64,000 nt of DNA from Alphaproteobacteria bacterium (GTDB lineage Bacteria > Pseudomonadota > Alphaproteobacteria > UBA2966), in assembly GCA_964291395.2 (NCBI GenBank), contig OZ219856.1, positions 1,344,001 through 1,408,000 on the forward strand, written 5' to 3'. Position numbers and translations under genes: made by a program. Under the pieces are notes generated by a model. It made no database searches. It was not told the DNA's origin and saw only the letters and a program-made list of their open reading frames with translations. Below are positions 27,361-38,425 of the stretch, piece by piece; the stretch's first letter is position 1, and every line of letters begins with the position of its first letter.

Positions 27361-28680
27361 ATGCGCTTGTCATGCTACTTCATGCCGACACTGCGGGAGA
27401 ATCCATCTGAAGCGCAGATCGTTTCTCACCGCCTGATGTTGCGTGCCGGCATGATTCGACAGTCGAGCGCCGGAATCTATTCGTGGTTGCCGTTGGGGTT
27501 TCGAGTTCTCAAGAAGATCGAACAGATCGTTCGCGAAGAACAGGATGCCGCCGGATGTCAGGAGTTGCTGATGCCGACGATACAACCCGCGGATCTATGG
27601 CGCGAAAGCGGCCGGTACGACGACTACGGCAAAGAGATGCTGCGGATCACGGACCGGCATGATCGCGACATGCTTTTCGGTCCCACCAACGAAGAGCTCA
27701 TCACGGACATATTTCGGAACTCCGTGAAGAGCTATCGGGATCTGCCACAGCTGCTCTACCACATTCAATGGAAATTCCGAGACGAGGTCCGTCCACGGTT
27801 CGGCATCATGCGTGGCCGAGAATTCTTGATGAAGGATTCGTACTCGTTCGACCTCGACTATGAAGGTGCTCGTCGTTCCTATAACAAGATGTTCGTCGCT
27901 TATCTCAGGACCTTCGCGCGGATGGGTCTCAAGGCTATTCCGATGGCGGCAGACACTGGCCCGATCGGAGGCGACTTGAGTCACGAATTTATCATTTTGG
28001 CGGAAACGGGCGAGAGCGAAGTATTTTGCCATGCTGATTATCTAGGGTTCGATCCGTCCGCTAGGGGCGTTGACTATGACGACGATTTGCAGCCAGTCGT
28101 GGACGAATGGACCCGCCTGTATGCCGCGACCGACGAAAAACACGATGCCGATGGATTCGCGAGTCGGGTGCCGAGCGACAAAGCCCTCCACACGCGTGGG
28201 ATCGAAGTGGGGCACATCTTTTACTTCGGGACGAAGTATTCCAAAGCCATGGGTGCAACGGTTCAGCACGCCGATGGTTCGGAAATGCCGGTAGAAATGG
28301 GATCGTACGGGATAGGAGTCTCACGCTTGGTTGGTGCGATCATCGAGGCCAGCCACGATGAGGCAGGTATCATCTGGCCGGAGTCCGTCGCGCCATTCCG
28401 CGTCGGTCTGATCAATCTGAAAGTCGATGACTCGGCGACGACGGAGGCCTGTGAGCAATTGTATTCCGAACTGTCATCATCCGGCGTCGATGTCCTCTAC
28501 GATGATACGCATGAGCGGGCCGGCGTGAAGTTCGCGACCAGTGAACTGATTGGGACGCCGTGGCAGCTTGTCGTCGGGCCGCGCGGCGTCGCGTCGGGGG
28601 TCGTTGAAATGAAATCGCGTACGGGCAACGTCGATGAGGAAATGCCGATCGAATCCGTGACCTCGCGTTTCACCGGCTGA
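27361..28680 (+). CDS. proS: Proline--tRNA ligase (short type, no INS editing domain)
   Basis: [55 protein letters not shown]. Confidence 0.98.
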   Translation: MRLSCYFMPTLRENPSEAQIVSHRLMLRAGMIRQSSAGIYSWLPLGFRVLKKIEQIVREEQDAAGCQELLMPTIQPADLWRESGRYDDYGKEMLRITDRHDRDMLFGPTNEELITDIFRNSVKSYRDLPQLLYHIQWKFRDEVRPRFGIMRGREFLMKDSYSFDLDYEGARRSYNKMFVAYLRTFARMGLKAIPMAADTGPIGGDLSHEFIILAETGESEVFCHADYLGFDPSARGVDYDDDLQPVVDEWTRLYAATDEKHDADGFASRVPSDKALHTRGIEVGHIFYFGTKYSKAMGATVQHADGSEMPVEMGSYGIGVSRLVGAIIEASHDEAGIIWPESVAPFRVGLINLKVDDSATTEACEQLYSELSSSGVDVLYDDTHERAGVKFATSELIGTPWQLVVGPRGVASGVVEMKSRTGNVDEEMPIESVTSRFTG

Positions 28681-28687
28681 CTGAGAC

Positions 28688-29932
28688 ATGCCTTCCCGCC
28701 TGGAATGGATGATCGCCGCGCGTTACCTGCGGCCGCGGCGACAAGAGGGATTCATTTCCGTCATCGCAGGGTTTTCGCTGATCGGAATCGCTCTCGGCGT
28801 CGCCACGCTCATCGTCGTGATGGCGGTCATGAACGGGTTTCGCGCTGAATTGCTTGGGCGGATCCTGGGCTTGAACGGCCATTTGATCGTTCAACAGACT
28901 GCTGATCCCAAACAGCCATTCGACGCGCTGTCGCGCACGCTGACGGAAGTACGGGGCGTTAGTCGAGCTATACCCATCGTTGAGGGTCAGGCGATGGCAA
29001 TGGCGAACGGTGTCGCAAGCGGCGCCCTCGTCCGGGGCATTCGTCCCGACGACCTCCGCAGCCAACCCATCATCGCCGATAAGATTCTAGGAGGTTCCCT
29101 TGCGGAGTTCGAAGGCAAGGACGCTGTGGTAGTCGGTCGGCGGCTCGCACGCAAGCTGGGGCTCGTGATCGGTGACACGATCACCCTCGTCGCGCCGCAG
29201 GGAAATTTCAGCCCGTTGGGAACCCTACCGAGAATGCGCGGTTATCGAGTTGTGGGAACGTTCAATGTCGGAATGTATGAATACGACTCGACCTTCGTCT
29301 ACGTTCCATTGGAGGCGGCGCAGGTGTTCTTCCGCTTGGGGAGCGACGTTTCGGCGATCGAGGTCATGCTGGAGGACCCTGAAGAACTGGCGTTGGCGCG
29401 CCAGAGAGTCTCTGAAGCGGTTTCACACCCCATTCGGATATTCGATTGGCAACAGGCCAACTCCCATTTCTTCACGGCGTTGCAGGTCGAACGGAATGTG
29501 ATGTTTCTCATTCTGACGCTCATCATCCTGGTCGCTGCCTTCAACATCGTTTCAAGTCTCATCATGCTCGTGAAGGACAAGGGTAGCGACATCGCGATCC
29601 TGCGAACGATGGGCGCGAGTCAATTCTCCGTCATGCGTATTTTCTTTTTCAGTGGGACGAGTATCGGTGTGTTGGGAACGCTGATTGGGTTCGTGTTGGG
29701 AATCTCGTTCGCAAGTAATATCGACATCATTCGAGTTTGGCTTGAAGGTCTGACGGGCACCGAACTGTGGGCAGCGGAAATAAGGTTTTTGTCCCGCCTG
29801 CCCGCGAAGATCGATACCGCCGAAGTCGTCATGGTCGTCGCCATGGGATTGGTCTTGTCCATGCTCGCGACCATCTATCCGGCTTGGCGGGCGTCGCGTC
29901 TCGATCCCGTCGACGCCTTGCGGTATGAGTGA
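28688..29932 (+). CDS. Lipoprotein-releasing ABC transporter permease (LolC/E/F type)
   Basis: GIALGVATLIVVMAVMNGF, AAFNIVSSLIMLVKDK..IAILRTMGA, YPAWRASRLDPVDALRYE. Confidence 0.95.
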   Translation: MPSRLEWMIAARYLRPRRQEGFISVIAGFSLIGIALGVATLIVVMAVMNGFRAELLGRILGLNGHLIVQQTADPKQPFDALSRTLTEVRGVSRAIPIVEGQAMAMANGVASGALVRGIRPDDLRSQPIIADKILGGSLAEFEGKDAVVVGRRLARKLGLVIGDTITLVAPQGNFSPLGTLPRMRGYRVVGTFNVGMYEYDSTFVYVPLEAAQVFFRLGSDVSAIEVMLEDPEELALARQRVSEAVSHPIRIFDWQQANSHFFTALQVERNVMFLILTLIILVAAFNIVSSLIMLVKDKGSDIAILRTMGASQFSVMRIFFFSGTSIGVLGTLIGFVLGISFASNIDIIRVWLEGLTGTELWAAEIRFLSRLPAKIDTAEVVMVVAMGLVLSMLATIYPAWRASRLDPVDALRYE

Positions 29933-30611
29933 CGCCGAGCCAGTCCTCAAACTTCACTCTGTCGGCAAGTCATTCCGACAGGGTGGCGTCGTGCTCAACG
30001 TCTTGCGGCAGATCGATCTCGACATCAAACCAAGTGAAACTGTTGCCCTGCTCGGACCGTCGGGAGCAGGGAAATCTACACTCCTGCATATCGCGGCCCT
30101 GCTGGAGAAGCCGGACGCGGGAATCATCGAGATCTGTGGCGTGGGTTGTTCCGGCATGAACGATCGCGCTCGAACCGAGACGCGGCGTGATAGATTGGGC
30201 ATGGTTTACCAGTTCCATCACCTGATGCCCGAATTCACCGCGCTTGAGAACGTGATGATTCCCATGCTGATCGCGGGACGCGAACGAAGTGCGGCGCGAC
30301 ACCGGGCAAAAGATCTGTTGGAAGGCTTCGGTTTGGGGCAGCGGTTGGAGCACCGGCCTGCGCGGTTGTCTGGTGGCGAACAACAGCGGGTCGCGATCGC
30401 GCGGGCGATCGCGAATGAGCCAGTTATCTTGCTCGCGGATGAGCCGACGGGGAATCTCGATCAACAGACTGCCGAATCCGTATTCGGGGGCCTCGTTGCG
30501 CTAGTGCGCGAGCGCAATGTCGCCACGCTTATTGCCACGCATAATCCGGGCATGGCTCAACGAATGGATCGTATAGTGGAACTACAAGATGGGGTATTAC
30601 TCCCAGTCTAA
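29925..30611 (+). CDS. lolD: Lipoprotein-releasing ABC transporter ATP-binding protein
   Basis: GPSGAGKSTL, VYQFHHL, LSGGEQQRVAIARA, ADEPTGNLD. Confidence 0.93.
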   Translation: MSDAEPVLKLHSVGKSFRQGGVVLNVLRQIDLDIKPSETVALLGPSGAGKSTLLHIAALLEKPDAGIIEICGVGCSGMNDRARTETRRDRLGMVYQFHHLMPEFTALENVMIPMLIAGRERSAARHRAKDLLEGFGLGQRLEHRPARLSGGEQQRVAIARAIANEPVILLADEPTGNLDQQTAESVFGGLVALVRERNVATLIATHNPGMAQRMDRIVELQDGVLLPV

Positions 30612-30629
30612 TCCACAATATTTACTCTA

Positions 30630-30644
30630 GTTCACATTTCGTTC
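30630..30644. promoter_or_regulatory. Alphaproteobacterial LexA (SOS) box upstream of dnaE
   Basis: GTTC-ACATTTC-GTTC, a perfect GTTC-N7-GTTC, in the AT-rich lolD-dnaE spacer. Confidence 0.6.
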
Positions 30645-30702
30645 TTCTTATCCCATTTAGTTGGGTATGGGATGATGTTATGTCCAACATGGCGTGAGGA
30701 TC

Positions 30703-33700
30703 ATGGCGCACGCGGATTTCGTTCATTTGAGGGTGCACACGGCGTACTCGTTGTCTGAGGGCGCCATCACCATAGGTGAACTCGTTGATCTCTGTGCGCG
30801 TCACGACATGCCGGCCGTGGCGATCACCGATTCCGGGAATCTGTTCGGGGCGCTTGAATTCTCCATGACCTGCGCCGAGGCAGGGATCCAGCCGATCATC
30901 GGGACGGTGTTGGGTGTTTCGTCGTTCACCAAGGCGGAACGCAAACATAGTCAATCCGAAGTCGATTCACTAATTCTGCTCGTGCAGCACGAGGCGGGCT
31001 ATCGGAATCTCCTCAAGCTATCGAGCCAAGCGTATCTCGCGACGGAGGACGGCAGCGTACCGTATGTCACATATGCAGAGTTGAGAGACTGTGCTGACGG
31101 ATTGATTGCCTTGACCGGCGGGCTTCTCGGTCCCGTCGATAAACTGCTCGCCGCCCATCAGCGTCCGGCCGCTGAGGCCAACTTACGGGCCCTGGCAAAT
31201 ATGTTTCCGGGACGCCTGTACGTTGAACTGCAGCGCCACGGACTTCCTGAGGAGAGTCGGGTCGAAGCGGCTCTGGTCGATCTTGCTTATGAGTTCAAGC
31301 TTCCACTCGTGGCGACCAACGATGCGTACTACGCCGATGAGTCGATGCAGGAAGCGCACGACGCGCTGATCTGCATTTCCGATGGCACGTATCTCAGCCA
31401 GGCGGACCGACGTCGGTTTACGTCGGAGCACCGTTTCAAGTCCGCTCAGGAGATGCGGGACCTCTTTCGAGATCTTCCTGAAGCCGTGGACAACACTTTG
31501 ATCGTTGCCCGGCGATGTTCGTTCCGACCATTGGCGCATGAGCCGATTTTCCCAGCGTATGTATCTGGCCGGGGCCTGGATGCGGCGACGGAAATTCGGC
31601 AACAGGCAGAAGCGGGTCTGAAACGACGCCTCGAACGAATTGTCTTTCCGCTCGCCGATGAGAATGCCGATCGAGAATCAATAGCAGCGCCATACCGCGA
31701 GCGCCTTGAGTACGAGTTGTCCGTGATCATCGACATGGGCTTCGCCGGATACTTCCTCATCGTCGCCGATTTCATCGGTTTCGCGCGGAAGTCCGGAATT
31801 CCGGTCGGTCCAGGACGGGGGTCCGGAGCCGGCTCGGTCGCGGCATGGTCGTTGGGTATCACGGACATCGATCCCCTGAGATTTGGCCTCCTGTTCGAGC
31901 GGTTCCTGAACCCGGGCCGAATCTCGATGCCGGACTTCGACGTCGATTTCTGTCAGGAGGGTCGCGACGAAGTCTTGCGCTACGTCGAAGAAAAGTACGG
32001 TCGGGATCGGGTCGCGCAGATCATCACATTCGGAAAACTTCAGGCGCGGGCCGCGCTCCGTGACGTGGGGCGGGTTCTAGAGATGCCTTATGGTCAGGTC
32101 GACCGTATCTGCAAGATGGTTCCGAACAATCCTGCCAATCCCGTGAAGCTCGCGGATGCGATCAGCGGAGAGCCGCGACTTCAGGAGATGCGCAATTCGG
32201 ACGCGGCGGTCGCCCATTTGCTCGACATCGCGCTGAAGCTTGAAGGTCTATACCGGCATGCGTCCACACACGCCGCGGGCGTGGTCATCGGAGATCGGCC
32301 GCTCGACGAACTGATCCCGCTTTACCGCGATCCAAGGTCCACGATGCCGGTGACACAGTTCTCCATGAAGTACGTCGACCAAGCGGGTCTGGTGAAGTTC
32401 GACTTTCTTGGTCTGAAGACACTCACCGTATTGAATAAGACGCTGAACCTCGTCGATCGAAAGGACGATGAAATCGAGTTGGAGAAGATCTCTCTCGATG
32501 ACCGCAAGACATTCGAGATGCTCGGGCGTGGCGAGACGGTCGGCGTGTTCCAGCTTGAAAGTACAGGCATGCGTCAGGTGCTTTTCGATATGAAGCCCGA
32601 CGCGTTTGAGGACATCATCGCCCTCGTCGCGCTGTACCGCCCTGGACCGATGGAGAACATCCCCAGATTCGTCGCATGCAAGAAAGGCCAGGAGGAACCG
32701 GAAACGCTCCATCCGATGATCGTACCCGTTCTTCGGGAGACTTACGGCGTCATCATCTACCAGGAGCAGGTCATGGAGATCGCCAAGGTTCTCTCCGGCT
32801 TCAGCCTGAGCGACGCGGATGTGCTCAGGTGGGCAATGGGAAAGAAGATCAAATCCGAGATGGCTGCTCAGCGTGAGAAGTTCATCGATGGTGCCGTTGA
32901 GCAAGGGGTCGATCGGGGTCGCGCGACGTACATATTCGAGCTGGTCGAGAAATTTGCCGGTTATGGATTCAACAAATCCCATGCCGCCTGCTATGCGCTC
33001 ATCGCGTACCAGACGGCGTGGCTGAAAGCCAACTATCCGGTGGAATTCCTGGCAGCGTCCATGACCCTCGATATGGGCAACACGGATAAGTTGGGTATTT
33101 TCAAGATGGAAGCGGAGCGCATGGGTGTTGAGCTCCGCCATCCGGACATCAATCAGTCCGATGTTGAATTCGCTGTCGAGCGCGACGGTGAAGGAGACGA
33201 TGCGGTCGCCAGCATTCGATATGCGCTTGCCGCGATCAAGAATGTCGGTAGGCAGGCGATGGAATCCATCGTGGCCGAGCGGAAAGAGAATGGTCCCTAC
33301 CGCAGCCTTTCAGATTTCGCGGATCGTATCGATCCGCGATTGATCAACAAACGGCAACTTGAAAACTTGGCGAGGGCCGGTGCGTTCGACACATTGAACC
33401 CCAACCGCGCCCAGGTCCTGGCCGCGGTAGAACAGGTGCTTCGACACGCGCAGTCGGCGGCTGAGTACCGCGTGACCGGTCAGGAGAGTCTGTTTGGAGA
33501 CGCCGACGGCGGCCTGCCGCGGATTCCCGTCCCGGAAATGGAAGATTGGCTGCTCATGGAGCGCCTTGCCCAAGAGCGGGACGCCGTGGGCTTCTATCTG
33601 TCTGCACATCCTCTCGAAGCGTTTCGGGTTCCTCTGCAGCGGCTCCGCGTCCGCAGCTTTGCGGACGCGAGCAAATTGTTGAATGGAAGCGATCGGCAGT

Positions 33701-34182
33701 TGAGACTCGCCGGGTCTGTAGAGGGTGTCCAGGAACGTACGTCGGCTAAGGGGAATCGGTTTGCCTTCGTGCAGTTATCCGATACAAGCGGCAGTTATGA
33801 GGTGACCGTATTCTCCGAATTGCTCTCGTCGTCCCGGGAACTGCTGCGGCTCGGTACAAACCTGCTCCTTGACGTCGAGGGTCGCTCGGACGGGGAATCT
33901 CCAAGGCTGACCGCTCAGTCCATTCGGCGCCTTGAAGATCTGGCATCTCAGACCGTGGCTGGTTTGCGAATCGCTGTTGACGAGGAGGATCCGATTTCGC
34001 GCCTCAGCGGGCTGCTGGACCCCGGAAAAAACGGAAACGGAGGCAGAGTCAGCCTGATTCTGCGACTTGATGGCGGTCTTACGGAGGTAGAGGTCGAGTT
34101 GCCCGAGGCATTCGTAATCTCTCGCGAGGTTCGAGAGAACTTGGCGCGCACACCGGGCGTTCTCGCCGTTAGTGAAATATGA
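30703..34182 (+). CDS. dnaE: DNA polymerase III subunit alpha
   Basis: PHP domain FVHLRVHTAYSL, GPGRGSGAGS, MPDFDVDF, KFDFLGLKTL, YGFNKSHA. Confidence 0.98.
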   Translation: MAHADFVHLRVHTAYSLSEGAITIGELVDLCARHDMPAVAITDSGNLFGALEFSMTCAEAGIQPIIGTVLGVSSFTKAERKHSQSEVDSLILLVQHEAGYRNLLKLSSQAYLATEDGSVPYVTYAELRDCADGLIALTGGLLGPVDKLLAAHQRPAAEANLRALANMFPGRLYVELQRHGLPEESRVEAALVDLAYEFKLPLVATNDAYYADESMQEAHDALICISDGTYLSQADRRRFTSEHRFKSAQEMRDLFRDLPEAVDNTLIVARRCSFRPLAHEPIFPAYVSGRGLDAATEIRQQAEAGLKRRLERIVFPLADENADRESIAAPYRERLEYELSVIIDMGFAGYFLIVADFIGFARKSGIPVGPGRGSGAGSVAAWSLGITDIDPLRFGLLFERFLNPGRISMPDFDVDFCQEGRDEVLRYVEEKYGRDRVAQIITFGKLQARAALRDVGRVLEMPYGQVDRICKMVPNNPANPVKLADAISGEPRLQEMRNSDAAVAHLLDIALKLEGLYRHASTHAAGVVIGDRPLDELIPLYRDPRSTMPVTQFSMKYVDQAGLVKFDFLGLKTLTVLNKTLNLVDRKDDEIELEKISLDDRKTFEMLGRGETVGVFQLESTGMRQVLFDMKPDAFEDIIALVALYRPGPMENIPRFVACKKGQEEPETLHPMIVPVLRETYGVIIYQEQVMEIAKVLSGFSLSDADVLRWAMGKKIKSEMAAQREKFIDGAVEQGVDRGRATYIFELVEKFAGYGFNKSHAACYALIAYQTAWLKANYPVEFLAASMTLDMGNTDKLGIFKMEAERMGVELRHPDINQSDVEFAVERDGEGDDAVASIRYALAAIKNVGRQAMESIVAERKENGPYRSLSDFADRIDPRLINKRQLENLARAGAFDTLNPNRAQVLAAVEQVLRHAQSAAEYRVTGQESLFGDADGGLPRIPVPEMEDWLLMERLAQERDAVGFYLSAHPLEAFRVPLQRLRVRSFADASKLLNGSDRQLRLAGSVEGVQERTSAKGNRFAFVQLSDTSGSYEVTVFSELLSSSRELLRLGTNLLLDVEGRSDGESPRLTAQSIRRLEDLASQTVAGLRIAVDEEDPISRLSGLLDPGKNGNGGRVSLILRLDGGLTEVEVELPEAFVISREVRENLARTPGVLAVSEI

Positions 34183-34269
34183 GCCGCGCGTCCCAATAGA
34201 AATTCCCTTGCACGTGCAGCATCTGACGGGTATCTAGCGGCGCGGAGTGTTGGCCGGCAGGTCAGCGCG

Positions 34270-34392
34270 AATACTCACGCGGGATGCGGCCTTCCGACAA
34301 CAAAGAACCGGAACGTCGATCCGGTGTTCATCGGGTTCAGAGACCATGATGAACCGAACCCCGCGGCGGATGAACCGGAGAAGGACACGAAG
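34270..34392 (+). promoter_or_regulatory. Structured rpsB 5' leader (probable S2 autoregulatory / t44-like RNA)
   Basis: Long leader with complementary segments (CGCGGG..CCCGCG, CCGG..CCGG) ending at the SD; CTTGCA-N17-GTATCT promoter-like signal at 34207-34235; position expected for S2 leaders. Confidence 0.5.
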
Positions 34393-35292
34393 ATGGTTGC
34401 GCCAACCTTTACGATGCGCCAGCTGCTCGAAGCTGGGGTACATTTCGGACATCAGACTCACCGTTGGAACCCGAAGATGTCTCAATACATTTTCGGCGTG
34501 CGCAACGGTATTCACATCATCGATCTCGAGCAAACCGTACCGATGCTTCATCGGGCGTTGGACGCGGTGCGGGACATCGTATCGTCGGGCGGTCGCGTGC
34601 TGTTTGTCGGCACCAAGCGCCAGGCATCATTGCCGGTGACGGAAGCGGCCCAGCGATGCGGGCAGTATTACGTCAACCACCGATGGCTGGGTGGCATGTT
34701 AACCAATTGGAGCACGATCTCGATCTCGATCAAGCGCCTCAAGGACTTGGACGAGATGCTGGCGGGCGACAATGTCGGCCTGACGAAGAAGGAATTGCTC
34801 CGCCTGACTCGCGAACGCGATCGACTCGAACGCGCGCTCGGCGGAATCAAGGAAATGGGCGGCATCCCGGATCTCCTGTTCGTGGTCGACACGAACAAGG
34901 AAGACATCGCCATAAAGGAGGGACAGAAGCTCGGCATTCCCGTGGTCGCGATTGTCGACAGCAATTCGGACCCCGTCGGGATTACTTATCCTGTACCGGG
35001 GAACGATGATGCGCTGCGAGCCATCAACTTGTATTGCGATCTCATGGTCCAATCCGTGCTCGACGGAATTCAGGCGGAAATGTCCGTGCGTGGCGAAGAC
35101 GTGGGCAAAGCAGAAGATCCCGTATTGGAGGAAATTCCCGCCGCCGAAGATGTGAGCGGCGAGAGGGTAGAGTCCGGTGACGCCGAACCGGAGACGGAAG
35201 AAGCGTCGTCTGAAGCACCTTCCAAAGACTCCGAGCCTGTAGACCCGGGAGAGGAAATCGCCGAGGAGGTAGCGCGGTCGGCCGCCAGCTGA
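34393..35292 (+). CDS. rpsB: 30S ribosomal protein S2
   Basis: [37 protein letters not shown]. Confidence 0.99.
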   Translation: MVAPTFTMRQLLEAGVHFGHQTHRWNPKMSQYIFGVRNGIHIIDLEQTVPMLHRALDAVRDIVSSGGRVLFVGTKRQASLPVTEAAQRCGQYYVNHRWLGGMLTNWSTISISIKRLKDLDEMLAGDNVGLTKKELLRLTRERDRLERALGGIKEMGGIPDLLFVVDTNKEDIAIKEGQKLGIPVVAIVDSNSDPVGITYPVPGNDDALRAINLYCDLMVQSVLDGIQAEMSVRGEDVGKAEDPVLEEIPAAEDVSGERVESGDAEPETEEASSEAPSKDSEPVDPGEEIAEEVARSAAS

Positions 35293-35355
35293 GGTGAAAC
35301 CCGGTAGCAGTAGCGCCCAACCAGAGTTGAATGCTGATCGTACGTAGGTGAGAAC

Positions 35356-36282
35356 ATGGCAAGTATCTCGGCATCCGAAGTAAAGATCCTCCGAGAGCGT
35401 ACCGGTGCGGGCATGATGGATTGCAAGCAAGCCCTTGCCGAAAATGATGGTGACATGGACGCAGCCATTGACTGGCTACGTACCAAAGGCCTGGCTGCAG
35501 CGGCCAGGAAGGCGAGCCGGGTCGCGGCAGAAGGTCTCGTAGGAGTCGCTGTTTCCGGGTGCTCCGCCGCAGTGGTGGAAATCAACTCCGAAACCGATTT
35601 CGTGGGGCGGAACGAGTCGTTTCAGGAATTTGTTCGAACCATCGCGGGTGTGGCATTGGCGAATCAAGGCGACTACGACGGCACGTTGGCGGCGCCCTAT
35701 CCGGACGAGGCGCGTACCGTGGGGGAGCAGGTTCAGCAGATGGTCGCGACAGTCGGCGAAAATATCCAGTTCCGCAGGTCCGACGCTCTTTCCGTACGGT
35801 CGGGCGTAGTGGCCAGCTATGTCCATAACACCGTGGTCCCCAATCTCGGCAAGATCGGCGTTCTCGTGGCCCTCGAGTCCGACGGTGACACTGAGACGCT
35901 CTCGGGACTTGGGAAACAAATCGCGATGCATGTGGCGGCCGCCAACCCCTTGTCCCTATCGGTTGACTCGTTAGATTCCGCGGTGGTCGAGCGGGAACGG
36001 GCTGTGCTCGTGGAACAGGGGCGACAGTCTGGCAAGTCACAGGACATCATCGCCAAAATGACGGAAGGGCGGCTCCGTAAGTTTTACGAGGAAGCGGTTC
36101 TGAACGAGCAGATCTACGTAATCGATGGCGAGACGAAGGTGTCCAAGGTCGTGGAACAGGCCGCGCGGGACTTGGGCACGGACATCAAGCTGGCTGGATT
36201 CGTAAGGTTTGCTCTGGGCGAGGGCATCGAGCGCGAAGAAGAAGATTTTGCAGCGGAGGTCGTGGCACAGCTGTCCGGCTAA
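35356..36282 (+). CDS. tsf: Elongation factor Ts
   Basis: [29 protein letters not shown]. Confidence 0.99.
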   Translation: MASISASEVKILRERTGAGMMDCKQALAENDGDMDAAIDWLRTKGLAAAARKASRVAAEGLVGVAVSGCSAAVVEINSETDFVGRNESFQEFVRTIAGVALANQGDYDGTLAAPYPDEARTVGEQVQQMVATVGENIQFRRSDALSVRSGVVASYVHNTVVPNLGKIGVLVALESDGDTETLSGLGKQIAMHVAAANPLSLSVDSLDSAVVERERAVLVEQGRQSGKSQDIIAKMTEGRLRKFYEEAVLNEQIYVIDGETKVSKVVEQAARDLGTDIKLAGFVRFALGEGIEREEEDFAAEVVAQLSG

Positions 36283-36402
36283 CTGCTTGCAGAACAAAGA
36301 CTCTCTTCGCAGAACAGCACGAATACTGTAAGGTTTGCGCCCGGGTGAGCCTGGTCGATCTGCGGGCCAGAATGACCTGGGGACCTTCCGCCTGAGAGCG
36401 CC

Positions 36403-37140
36403 ATGTCGCGTGCTGCCAAGTTTCGGCGAGTCATGCTGAAAGCATCAGGTGAGGCGCTTCTCGGCGACTCGGCCTATGGCGTTGATTTCTCGGCGGTCGA
36501 TCGAATCTCGCGTGACATCAAGGCGGTTCACGGTCTCGGCGTCGAGGTTTGCGTCGTAGTCGGGGGCGGGAACATTTTCCGTGGGATTTCAGGTGTCACC
36601 GCCGGGTTGGACAGAGCAAGCGCCGATTACATGGGCATGTTGGCGACGGTGATCAATGCCGTCGCGATTCAAGGCACGCTCGAGGCACATGGGGTCTACA
36701 CGCGGGTGTTGTCGGCCATCCCGATGACGACGATTTGCGAACCCTACATACGTCGCCGGGCGGTACGTCATCTGGAGAAGGGCCGGGTGGTTATCTTCGC
36801 GGGTGGGACCGGAAATCCGTTCTTTACCACGGATACCGCAGCCGCTCTCCGCGCAACCGAGATGGGGTGCGACGCCTTGCTGAAGGGCACGCAGGTCGAT
36901 GGTGTCTATTCGGCCGATCCACAAAGGAGCAAGGACGCCCAGAGATATGATACCTTGAGCTACATGGACGTGCTGTCCAAGGACCTCAAGGTGATGGATG
37001 CTACGGCGATTTCCCTTGCGCGTGAAAACTTGATTCCGATCCTTGTATTTTCCATTCAGACGGCGGGTTCTTTTGCTGACGTGGTGTGTGGCGAAGGTAG
37101 GTACACGATGATCAGCGAGGAGGAACAGGGGCATGGCTGA
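36403..37140 (+). CDS. pyrH: UMP kinase
   Basis: [33 protein letters not shown]. Confidence 0.99.
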   Translation: MSRAAKFRRVMLKASGEALLGDSAYGVDFSAVDRISRDIKAVHGLGVEVCVVVGGGNIFRGISGVTAGLDRASADYMGMLATVINAVAIQGTLEAHGVYTRVLSAIPMTTICEPYIRRRAVRHLEKGRVVIFAGGTGNPFFTTDTAAALRATEMGCDALLKGTQVDGVYSADPQRSKDAQRYDTLSYMDVLSKDLKVMDATAISLARENLIPILVFSIQTAGSFADVVCGEGRYTMISEEEQGHG

Positions 37141-37690
37141 TCCGGATATTGATGGAATTCAGCATCGCATGGCTGGTGCGTTGGAGGTTCTGAAACAGGA
37201 GTTCGCCGGTCTTCGCACGGGCCGGGCTTCGGCCAGCTTGCTGGAGCCGATCACGGTTGATGCCTATGGCAGTCAGATGCCGTTGAATCAACTTGCGCAC
37301 ATCAACGTTCCTGAGCCACGCCTCTTGACGGTCCAAGTGTGGGACAAGGGCACGGTCAAGGCGGTCGAAAAAGCCATTCAGACGTCGGGATTGGGCCTCA
37401 ATCCCTCCGTCGACGGTCAGCTCATCCGCGTTCCTATTCCGGAGCTCAATGAGGAGCGTCGGCAGGAGCTCACCAAGGTCGCGAGCAAGTACGCGGAACA
37501 GGCTCGGGTGGCCGTGCGAAATGTGCGGCGTAATGGGATGGAGTCGCTCAAGCAGATGGAGAAGGCGGGCGAAATGTCGCAGGACGAGCATCGTGCCTGG
37601 GCGGAAGAAATCCAACAGTTGACGGACGAGATGGTGGCCAGGATCGACGAAACCGCTGTTGCCAAGGAAGAGGAAATACTGCAGGTCTAA
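37133..37690 (+). CDS. frr: Ribosome recycling factor
   Basis: [31 protein letters not shown]. Confidence 0.99.
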   Translation: MADPDIDGIQHRMAGALEVLKQEFAGLRTGRASASLLEPITVDAYGSQMPLNQLAHINVPEPRLLTVQVWDKGTVKAVEKAIQTSGLGLNPSVDGQLIRVPIPELNEERRQELTKVASKYAEQARVAVRNVRRNGMESLKQMEKAGEMSQDEHRAWAEEIQQLTDEMVARIDETAVAKEEEILQV

Positions 37691-37693
37691 TCG

Positions 37694-38425
37694 ATGCAAG
37701 TGCTTGATCTTGAGCAGTTTGCAAGGCCACCCACTCACGTTGCCATCATCATGGACGGCAACGGGCGCTGGGCGAAGGCTCGGGGGCTTCCCAGATTGGC
37801 CGGACATCAGAGAGGTGCTGAGGCCGTCCGAGTGGTGGTGGAGAGCTGCTGTGAGCTTGGGATTTCCTACCTCACGCTCTACGCATTTTCATCGGAGAAC
37901 TGGAAACGCCCCCCTTCCGAAGTGGACGACTTGATGGCTCTGCTCCGACACTATCTAAGGCGGGAAATAGGCGAGCTTCACGGCAATAATGTTCGAGTGT
38001 GTTTCATCGGAGATCGGTCGCCGCTCGCCGACGATATCAAGTCGTTGATCGATGGAGCGGAAACGAAGACGGTTGCCAACACCGGTCTAACCCTGACGAT
38101 CGCCATCAACTATGGCAGCCACAACGAAATCCTGGGTGCGTGCAAAAACATTGTGCAGGCTGTTTCAGAAGGTGCGTTGAGTCTCGACTCCCTTACGGAA
38201 GAAGTATTCGAGCGTTTCCTCGATACGGCGAATATGCCTCCCCCGGACCTTCTGATTCGGACCAGCGGTGAACAGCGCCTCAGTAATTTTCTGCTTTGGC
38301 AGCTGGCTTATTCCGAACTCATTTTCATGGACACCTTGTGGCCGGATTTCTCCAAACGGAATCTTGAGGAGGCCGTCAGCGAATATCACGGTCGCGACCG
38401 GAGGTATGGCGCCAGCAATGGCTGA
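37694..38425 (+). CDS. uppS: Undecaprenyl diphosphate synthase
   Basis: HVAIIMDGNGRWA, YAFSSENWKRP, RTSGEQRLSNFLLWQ. Confidence 0.98.
   Translation: MQVLDLEQFARPPTHVAIIMDGNGRWAKARGLPRLAGHQRGAEAVRVVVESCCELGISYLTLYAFSSENWKRPPSEVDDLMALLRHYLRREIGELHGNNVRVCFIGDRSPLADDIKSLIDGAETKTVANTGLTLTIAINYGSHNEILGACKNIVQAVSEGALSLDSLTEEVFERFLDTANMPPPDLLIRTSGEQRLSNFLLWQLAYSELIFMDTLWPDFSKRNLEEAVSEYHGRDRRYGASNG

Noticed and set aside
30660-30688. dif-like site (TTATGTCCAAC resembles a XerD arm)
   Set aside because: The left arm lacks the ATAA of a XerC site and the symmetric spacing is 7 bp rather than 6
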